IMG/VR virus record: IMGVR_UViG_3300037851_000284
Location: 1-64,000 of that record
DNA from: a virus
Lineage: Duplodnaviria > Caudoviricetes
Reading direction: 5' to 3' (one strand)
DNA length: 64,000 nucleotides
Made by a program: the position numbers and the translations under genes. Below are positions 56,955-64,000 of this stretch, piece after piece (position 1 is the stretch's first letter; every line of letters starts with the position of its first letter). Under the pieces are notes generated by a model. It saw only the letters and a list, made by a program, of their open reading frames with translations. It had not been told where the DNA came from and did no database searches.

Positions 56955-57473
56955 ATGGTGAAATCTTGGCAAGAATTAGAAGATTTAGTCTGCGACCTAT
57001 TAGAAAACGACAACCCAGTCAAACCAAAAGGAAGCGGAAGTACCAAAAAAGAAGAAGATGTAGTCGGAACTTGTATAATAGCACAATGTAAATATACAGA
57101 GAACAAAAATATGTATCTATCTGATAACGATATAGATAGATTAAAATCCTCTGCAAAATTGCAAGACAAATTTCCAATATTTGTCAATTCTAATGGAAAA
57201 GACACAGTTATATCGTTTATAGTAAATAATGATACTAAAGATATTGTTTCAGATACTATAGATATTATTATATTAAATAAGTGTTCCTTTTCTCCAGAAT
57301 TAATAAGAAAAGTTAATAACTTAAAAACCCTTGAACAGATATCTAAAGCAATAGACGGTTTATCTAAAATTACTGTAGCTATTAATAACAAATCAAAGGA
57401 AAAATTTGATAAAGTAAAAAGAGTAATACAAGCAAAATTCGAAGATCTAACGACACACAACCTATTTGATTAG
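56955..57473 (+). CDS. PD-(D/E)XK nuclease-like protein
   Basis: W.ELE..V..LL, GSGS...ED, AQCKY. Confidence 0.6.
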   Translation: MVKSWQELEDLVCDLLENDNPVKPKGSGSTKKEEDVVGTCIIAQCKYTENKNMYLSDNDIDRLKSSAKLQDKFPIFVNSNGKDTVISFIVNNDTKDIVSDTIDIIILNKCSFSPELIRKVNNLKTLEQISKAIDGLSKITVAINNKSKEKFDKVKRVIQAKFEDLTTHNLFD

Positions 57474-57765
57474 AACATTTGAGTACAACAACTTATTATA
57501 TCACAAGCGCATAGATATTTATGGAAAAAATAGATATAGTATGTTATAACTGCAGGTACTTGTTTGAATTTACTCCTTTTCGTATTGATATATGTGAAAG
57601 TTTAACTATAAAATATCCATGTTGTCTCATATGTTTAGACGTAGAAGGAAATATAATAGATGAAACGGTGTAAATATTGAGGTTGCGGATGATATTATAA
57701 ACTAAGAACAGTATATGAAACTGGGTGTGTTAGAAATAAATGTAAATACCTAAAAGGAAATAAAA

Positions 57766-58899
57766 ATGTCATTAAGCAAGGAAAAGAAGAAGGCATTACA
57801 GAAGCTAAGAGATAGTTTTTTAAAAGACAATAAGCTAGACCCAGAGAAAACCAAGATGGGGTTTCTAGATGAAAATGAAAATATTGGTAAAATAGAAAGG
57901 CTTCCCACTGGATTAATAGGATTTGATGTATTAACTGGTGGTGGTTGGGTGAAGGGTAAGATTAATCAGCTAGTTGGTGGAGAATCAGCAGGTAAAACTA
58001 CCAAACTATTAAAGTCAATAGCATACTGGCAGGATAATCTAAAAGACTTCGTAGCTGCATATATACCAGCAGAGAAGAACTTTGATCGAGAATGGGCTAC
58101 TGCCCAAGGATGTAAGGAAGATAGTACTTGGATTTATGAACCAAGATTAGCCGAGGAAAACCTAGATTTCGTAATGAAGTGCGCAGATGATAATAGTGGA
58201 GTAGATTGTCTTATTATAGATACTCTACAAGCTTTATCATCGGCAAAAGAAGTATATAAAGGTAAAAAGGCAGACGGAACCCCAGCAGATAAAGAACGTT
58301 CGGTGAATGATGATACAATGGCCTTGTTGCCAAGGCTATATTCCCAGTTTTTAAGAATGTATACTTCTAAAGCCTCTGACACTTTAACTTTGATTCTTGC
58401 ATCTCAAGTCAGAACGGATATAACATCCATGGCAAGGGACAAGGAAAAAGAAACCGGAGGTAATGCATTAAGGCATTACAATGTATTAAACGTTAAGATG
58501 ACTCGTAAGGGAGATAGCGCATTCCCAGTAAAAGAGGGCGAGAGAGCCCCACCTAATTCATATGCTGTGCAATTAACAATCACAAAATCCAAGGTGAAAA
58601 ATAGATACAAAGGAAACAAGTTATTGATGTATTTTTATCATGGATCCTTTGACCATAGGTTTAACGTTATTTGTATAGCTAGAGACCTTGGATTATGGGA
58701 TGGCAAGCATCTTGAATATGAAGTTAATGGAGAAAAAAAGGAATTCAAAGCTAGGGGTTTGAAAGAGGCCATCGAAAAGATGCCTCCAGAAGCTGTAATG
58801 TACCTAGAACCTCTACTAACCGATGCTTACACAAACTTAGTAATGAACTATATTCCCTCAGCAGACAATGATATTGACGAAGAGGATGGAGCATTATAG
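57766..58899 (+). CDS. recA: RecA/UvsX recombinase
   Basis: PTGLIGFD..TGGG, GGESAGKTT, IIDT, SQVR, GGNAL.HY. Confidence 0.92.
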   Translation: MSLSKEKKKALQKLRDSFLKDNKLDPEKTKMGFLDENENIGKIERLPTGLIGFDVLTGGGWVKGKINQLVGGESAGKTTKLLKSIAYWQDNLKDFVAAYIPAEKNFDREWATAQGCKEDSTWIYEPRLAEENLDFVMKCADDNSGVDCLIIDTLQALSSAKEVYKGKKADGTPADKERSVNDDTMALLPRLYSQFLRMYTSKASDTLTLILASQVRTDITSMARDKEKETGGNALRHYNVLNVKMTRKGDSAFPVKEGERAPPNSYAVQLTITKSKVKNRYKGNKLLMYFYHGSFDHRFNVICIARDLGLWDGKHLEYEVNGEKKEFKARGLKEAIEKMPPEAVMYLEPLLTDAYTNLVMNYIPSADNDIDEEDGAL

Positions 58900-59143
58900 T
58901 GACTAAAGGTGAACTACTTAAGTTTTTAGAGGATGAGATAAAAGGTTATAGGAAAGGGGCTATAGCCTCTCTCGAAAGAAGCAAACACATGCATAATTGC
59001 GGGAATCTAAGGGTATCTCAAGATTTTATAGATGCCCTATTAGTAGACTCTGTTAATAACATAGCAGCAGGACAAGGCATAGACTAAGGAAAGAATAAGA
59101 GAATATAATAGACTATATATGCAAGGATACAGAAGGAGACAAC

Positions 59144-59449
59144 ATGAAATTTGAAGACTTAGAAGTTGGAAGATGTTATTCGTTTTCTAAAAACAGTGTA
59201 CGGGTTTATATAAATATAATATCCAACAACTCTAAACAGAGAAAGATAAGATATAATATGGTGACAAATGGAGGTTTGTCCCTTGAATTCAGAGGAACAT
59301 ACGAGAAGGACGAAAGAACGGTTTCTTGTCGAAAAATAACAATGAGATTTTTCAAAGACCGATTGGCAAAATCCAAGGACTTTACGACTGGCGTTCGTTA
59401 CGGTCAAGCTAAGGAACACACACTAGTTAGAGAGGTAGAACAAAAATGA
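59144..59449 (+). CDS. hypothetical protein
   Basis: RBS aaggag. Confidence 0.55.
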   Translation: MKFEDLEVGRCYSFSKNSVRVYINIISNNSKQRKIRYNMVTNGGLSLEFRGTYEKDERTVSCRKITMRFFKDRLAKSKDFTTGVRYGQAKEHTLVREVEQK

Positions 59450-59638
59450 AAGATAGATTCGGAAGAGAATTAAATACTGGTGATATATGCTTTAGATACA
59501 AGACTGGTTCAGTATACACGAGATCCTATATAATCCCTGTAAAAATATTACATTTTTCAAAGGAGAGAGTCTATACCAGTCAGAATACCTATGTAGAATC
59601 TAAGTCATTAATTAAGGCATCAGCAGAAGGAATGTTGT

Positions 59639-61303
59639 TTGAATCTGACAAAAGAACAGAAGATAATATTGGATAATTGTTATACCAATTTATATATTAG
59701 CGCTGCTCCAGGGTCGGGCAAGTCTAGTATGTTGTCAATTATAGCCAATAAGTTATTAAACGATCCTTTAAATAGTATTTTGTTAATTACTTTTACTAAT
59801 AAAGCTTCAAAAAATATCATATTAAAATGTTTTAGTTCCGATCAGACTCGTATAGTTGGTGGAACATTTCATGGTCTAGCTAATTTATTTGCTAAACAAA
59901 ACAATATCTTTTGGAATATCTGTGATGAAGGAAAGAAACGATTAATAATTAAAAAGATATTTAATTGCAAGAAAGATAAATTAAAACTGTATGAACTCAT
60001 AGATAAGATATCATCATCTAAATCGTTATGGCCTATAGAACTATCTGATGAGGTACAGAAGTATAATTCTGAACTGGAGAAATATAACTTATTAGATTTT
60101 GATGATATGATTTACAGGATAATTAGCTTGCTTCCCAAATTATCCCTACCAAAGATTACACATATTCTAGTAGATGAACTTCAAGACACTTCTGGACCAC
60201 AGCTAGAAATGTTAAAGGCCTTACAAGCTAATCTAAAATGTAATATTATCGGTGTAAGTGACGATGATCAATGTATTTATGAATGGCGCAATGCCCGCCC
60301 CGAAAATGTACAGGACTTTATTAAAGTATTCAATTGTAAAATCTTAAACATGGGTTATAATTTCAGGTCGGATAGAAGTATTGTCGTTGCTTCTAGTAAT
60401 TTAATAACCCATAACAAGAATCGTATAACGAAAATCATACGACCATATAAAACATCTGAGGGATACATACATGAATACCAATGTCAGTCACCATTATCAG
60501 AGATAAGTTATGTAATATCAAAGTGTAAGCAGAATTCAGGTAAGAGAATAGCTATATTATATAGGAACAGAACACTCAAAAACCACCTAGAATACGAACT
60601 AAAAAAGAACAATATAAAATATACAGTCAATGACGCTCTAGAGATATCTGATAGAAATGCTGTGAAAGTCATTATGAGTTCTTTAAAGGTAGCATCTTCG
60701 TCAGGGGATATCTACGACCTAGAGATAGCATCGAAGGCCTTAAAAGGCATTGGATGCGTTACAATAGAGTCCCTAAAGAAAGAGTTAAAAGATAGGACTC
60801 TAGGAGAATTATTAAGAGATAAGTTTCATGACCCAAAGAATGCTAAGAAGTTTAATTCGTTAATAAGTATTATATCATATTTTAACAATAACAAAGACAA
60901 GAACTTAGATAGTTTAGTAAGTTATATAGAAAGATTCTTCTGTTCCTCCTTTATTTATCAAGATGATATGAAATTGTTTATCCATGATATAACTAAGGAT
61001 TATAAGATAAATTGTTGTGATATAAGGGAGTTATGTAACGACTTGGGGCTAGATGGTAAGGAAGAGAATCAAGATAAAGATGCGTTAGTAGAGTTATCGA
61101 CGATACATGGTTGGAAAGGAATGCAAGCTGACGTAGTAATTATACCATGGTGTCATATGTTTCTAGAATATAAGCAGGGAAGAGTTATAGATACAGAAGC
61201 TGAGAGAAGACTATTTTATGTCGGCATAACTAGAGCAGAATCAAAACTTTATCTTAGTTATACTGGAAAAATCCCGTTATTTATAGGAGAAATGTCCCTA
61301 TGA
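59639..61303 (+). CDS. UvrD/Rep-family SF1A helicase
   Basis: AAPGSGKS, ITFTNKA, VDELQD, NFRS, STIH..KG, ERRLFYVGITRA. Confidence 0.92.
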   Translation: MNLTKEQKIILDNCYTNLYISAAPGSGKSSMLSIIANKLLNDPLNSILLITFTNKASKNIILKCFSSDQTRIVGGTFHGLANLFAKQNNIFWNICDEGKKRLIIKKIFNCKKDKLKLYELIDKISSSKSLWPIELSDEVQKYNSELEKYNLLDFDDMIYRIISLLPKLSLPKITHILVDELQDTSGPQLEMLKALQANLKCNIIGVSDDDQCIYEWRNARPENVQDFIKVFNCKILNMGYNFRSDRSIVVASSNLITHNKNRITKIIRPYKTSEGYIHEYQCQSPLSEISYVISKCKQNSGKRIAILYRNRTLKNHLEYELKKNNIKYTVNDALEISDRNAVKVIMSSLKVASSSGDIYDLEIASKALKGIGCVTIESLKKELKDRTLGELLRDKFHDPKNAKKFNSLISIISYFNNNKDKNLDSLVSYIERFFCSSFIYQDDMKLFIHDITKDYKINCCDIRELCNDLGLDGKEENQDKDALVELSTIHGWKGMQADVVIIPWCHMFLEYKQGRVIDTEAERRLFYVGITRAESKLYLSYTGKIPLFIGEMSL

Positions 61304-61596
61304 ATCTAAGAGACACCCAATATAATGATGAATTAAATTTAAGAGAACCATTCACTAATGGAAAAAGGGTAAATGTTGAAGTATTAAAGTCAAAGGGTAA
61401 AATAATTCAAAAGGTAGTTTTAGGAAAAGACGTTTGTTATCTAGTTAAACTAGATGATATCTTTATAATTGCAAAAAAAGATACTTTAGACAGATCTAGA
61501 TTTCCTATTACAGGGACCAAAATAATTTGTATAAACATTGCCTACTTAAAAGAAATAGAGGATAATGATGGCACTCAAAGTATTGGACCGCGTTAA
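61300..61596 (+). CDS. hypothetical protein
   Basis: RBS aggag. Confidence 0.55.
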   Translation: MNLRDTQYNDELNLREPFTNGKRVNVEVLKSKGKIIQKVVLGKDVCYLVKLDDIFIIAKKDTLDRSRFPITGTKIICINIAYLKEIEDNDGTQSIGPR

Positions 61597-61746
61597 GAAA
61601 TGGATTTATCAATCAACATCAGAATCAGACCAACAATTATTTCATGATGTCCCAATAGGACAAGTAATATACATACAAGGTAAAGTGTATGTAACAAAAT
61701 CAGAATTAAAAACCGATGAAAACAGAGACTACTACGAGGTAGAGAA

Positions 61747-62334
61747 ATGCTAGATCTATTTTCCCAAGGTAAAAGCACACAAGAACTTATAACGCTTCTA
61801 GAAAACGACGTAAAAGCATACAGAAAGAAACAAGGAGTAGAGTCAAGGTCCAAGACAAAGATATATTATGGTAACTTAGAATATATTAATAACAATATAC
61901 TCATAGTAACAAGTCCTCCCAAAGCAAGGATATTTGAAACAGCCAATGATAAAAATATATCAGACCTGTTACTATCACACGGTATAACCAACTTTTTTAT
62001 AACATATTTTCATTTTATAAGCAAAGAACAAATATCAAAGAAGGATATTAAAGACTTTGGATTCTATGTCAGAGGATTCGCAGATATAATATCTCCTAGA
62101 ATAATAGTGTGCCTCGGAGAAGATGCTCAGCTATCCTTCTTTAAAAAGAAGTTTCTGATAGAAGACTATCACGGAAAAGAAATAGGAGACTTTGAAGGAA
62201 TACCAATATACACAACCTATCCTATGGAATATTATACAGAACATTCAAAGTTTGAAGACGATTCCTATAAAGAATCGCTAAAAGATGAAGACTGGAACAT
62301 CATAAAAGAAAGATACAAAGGAGTAATATCTTGA
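61747..62334 (+). CDS. degenerate UDG-fold protein
   Basis: SPRIIVCLGEDA, HGK, IYTTYP; catalytic motifs absent. Confidence 0.65.
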   Translation: MLDLFSQGKSTQELITLLENDVKAYRKKQGVESRSKTKIYYGNLEYINNNILIVTSPPKARIFETANDKNISDLLLSHGITNFFITYFHFISKEQISKKDIKDFGFYVRGFADIISPRIIVCLGEDAQLSFFKKKFLIEDYHGKEIGDFEGIPIYTTYPMEYYTEHSKFEDDSYKESLKDEDWNIIKERYKGVIS

Positions 62335-62549
62335 TAATACTGGATTTTTTTTGTAAAAAATGTGGCAACCAAGAGAACGAAGTTCTAGTTAAAGATCATA
62401 GGGAAGAAGTAATATGTAAAATATGTCAAGAAAAAATGGAGAGAATATACAGTGGAACAGTATATAAAACCAGAAGAAAATCAGACACTCCATATCCGAC
62501 CAATCTACTGGGAAGAGGAAACGATAGAGCCAACTTCGGAATCATGTAG
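62331..62549 (+). CDS. FmdB-like zinc-ribbon protein
   Basis: DFFCKKCG...CKIC...MERIYS. Confidence 0.7.
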   Translation: MIILDFFCKKCGNQENEVLVKDHREEVICKICQEKMERIYSGTVYKTRRKSDTPYPTNLLGRGNDRANFGIM

Positions 62550-62988
62550 CAGAATATATTACTTCCTAGAATATATTCGACCTATAATATCTATTTATAC
62601 AATAATTATGTATGTTCGAAGTCCACTACGTTATAGAAGAAATATAAATCTTCGTTCACAATCTGATCCCATAAAACAAGGTTGGAGTATATATATAGCA
62701 AGAGGAAATGAGTATAGTTCGTTATTCCAAAGTTGGAAGAACATGGAAAATATAGAAAAAATGTCATGTAAAAGACTAGACCTTGTTGTTTCACTAGGAA
62801 CAATAGAAACATCAACAAAAGATCGTTGTCATCAAACATTATTTGGAAATCACCTGTCAATAAGGCAAACAACTAGCAGCACAAAAACATTAGTGACATT
62901 ATCGAACAACCGCTTCTTTAGTGGAGTTGGAAAGACTGTGTCTTTAAAACAGGATATACTCATCGATGAATTTAATATACCATTCTGA
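62452..62988 (+). CDS. hypothetical protein
   Basis: ORF track; start uncertain. Confidence 0.45.
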   Translation: MEQYIKPEENQTLHIRPIYWEEETIEPTSESCSRIYYFLEYIRPIISIYTIIMYVRSPLRYRRNINLRSQSDPIKQGWSIYIARGNEYSSLFQSWKNMENIEKMSCKRLDLVVSLGTIETSTKDRCHQTLFGNHLSIRQTTSSTKTLVTLSNNRFFSGVGKTVSLKQDILIDEFNIPF

Positions 62989-63634
62989 AAAGTATAAAAA
63001 TTGGTTTAGTGAAATATTATATTATTCCACTTCACAATCATATAGAGAATCAAAGGAATTATTTGAAGTAGAACATTCCAACTACAGAATTGAAGGTAAC
63101 TCATTTAGGCATATAAATACGAACTACAAAGAGTATCGTTATTACGCCTTTGGTATTCTAGTCCCTATACTTAGTACGAGAATCCTACCTATAGATATAG
63201 ATATGATTCCAATCGATCGTATACAAGAATTGACTCTAAAGATAAATACAATACCAGAAATAGAACAACTTGATTTATTAATCTCAAGTACAGGCGGAAG
63301 CATTTCACAGAGAAATTATCATATAATACTAGGATTTACTAAAGATATAAACGGACATGAACTATTAAGATCACTAAATACTAGTATATGTAAAGGATAT
63401 ATGAGATGCGCTACAGAAAACAAGGCATTGGTTCTAAGAACCTCCCAAAAATTCTGGGCAGATGGAAACATCACTTCCCCACCAAGGCACATAGTATCTT
63501 ATCTAGTAAATTCTAACAAAAAGACTAAGGAAATAGCTAATATTACATTACCGAAAAAGGAAGATATTGAAAGTAAGAATGATAAAGTTTCATTCTTTCA
63601 TTTGGGTAACCCATATCATATAATAGAAGGATAG
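62966..63634 (+). CDS. hypothetical protein
   Basis: long ORF. Confidence 0.6.
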   Translation: MNLIYHSEKYKNWFSEILYYSTSQSYRESKELFEVEHSNYRIEGNSFRHINTNYKEYRYYAFGILVPILSTRILPIDIDMIPIDRIQELTLKINTIPEIEQLDLLISSTGGSISQRNYHIILGFTKDINGHELLRSLNTSICKGYMRCATENKALVLRTSQKFWADGNITSPPRHIVSYLVNSNKKTKEIANITLPKKEDIESKNDKVSFFHLGNPYHIIEG

Positions 63635-63635
63635 C

Positions 63636-64000
63636 ATGGCTAAATTAATATCATCCAGAAAACAGAAGGGCAGACGTCTCCAACAGAGAATAGCAACTTG
63701 GATTATAAGAACGTTTAATTTAAGTCCAGAAGATGTATGGAGTAATCCAATGGGATGTGAAGGAGAAGATATAAGATTATCAGAGAAGGCAAGGGAGAAA
63801 TTTCCATTCTCTGTAGAATCAAAGAACGTTGAAAAAATTAATATATGGGCCGCGTTAGAGCAAGCAGAAGGTTCAAATAGAAAATATAAACCTCTATTAG
63901 TATTCTCTAGAAACAGAAGTGAAGATTATTGTGCTTTAAAATTCTCTGACTTTATGCAAATCTTAAGAGACAAAGAAGATCTGTTAAGAGAAATAGCAAC
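63636..64000 (+). CDS. Holliday-junction-resolvase-like PD-(D/E)XK protein (runs off window)
   Basis: KGRRLQQ, MGCEGED, FPFSVESKNVEKINIWAALEQA. Confidence 0.8.
   Translation, partial: MAKLISSRKQKGRRLQQRIATWIIRTFNLSPEDVWSNPMGCEGEDIRLSEKAREKFPFSVESKNVEKINIWAALEQAEGSNRKYKPLLVFSRNRSEDYCALKFSDFMQILRDKEDLLREIA

Noticed and set aside
463-62872. Minus-strand ORFs in the track
   Set aside because: Nearly all overlap better-supported plus-strand genes or RNAs and show no recognisable motifs
1-64000. Alternative genetic code or suppressor tRNA
   Set aside because: Long conserved genes are intact in the standard code; no CTA/TTA/TCA anticodon seen

Overview
AT-rich, entirely plus-strand segment of a large dsDNA phage genome. 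No structural genes, integrase or CRISPR array were seen. It carries DNA repair/recombination genes (SSB x2, two ATP-dependent ligases, one fused to a LigD-type phosphoesterase, UDG x2, RecA, UvrD, HJ resolvase), proteostasis genes (ClpP, ClpA/B-like, Ycf46-type AAA with DUF1257/DUF2997), about 23 dispersed tRNA/tRNA-like genes covering all 20 amino acids, and a tmRNA. Standout signals: (1) two clusters of GC-richer integron-like gene cassettes (about 21.4-26.0 kb and 26.9-27.5 kb) with attC-type sites. Each R'' box is complementary to its own cassette's GTT start, most ORFs read through the attC hairpin, and each cassette has extended terminal inverted repeats and a positioned TATAGG motif. 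(2) A Ro60/TROVE gene preceded by five Y-RNA-like repeats in an RNA-repair neighbourhood. (3) A recurrent [I/L/M]NLR peptide motif in many unrelated ORFs. (4) tRNAs with swapped variable-arm architecture. All protein calls are by motif recognition only; no searches or folding programs were run.
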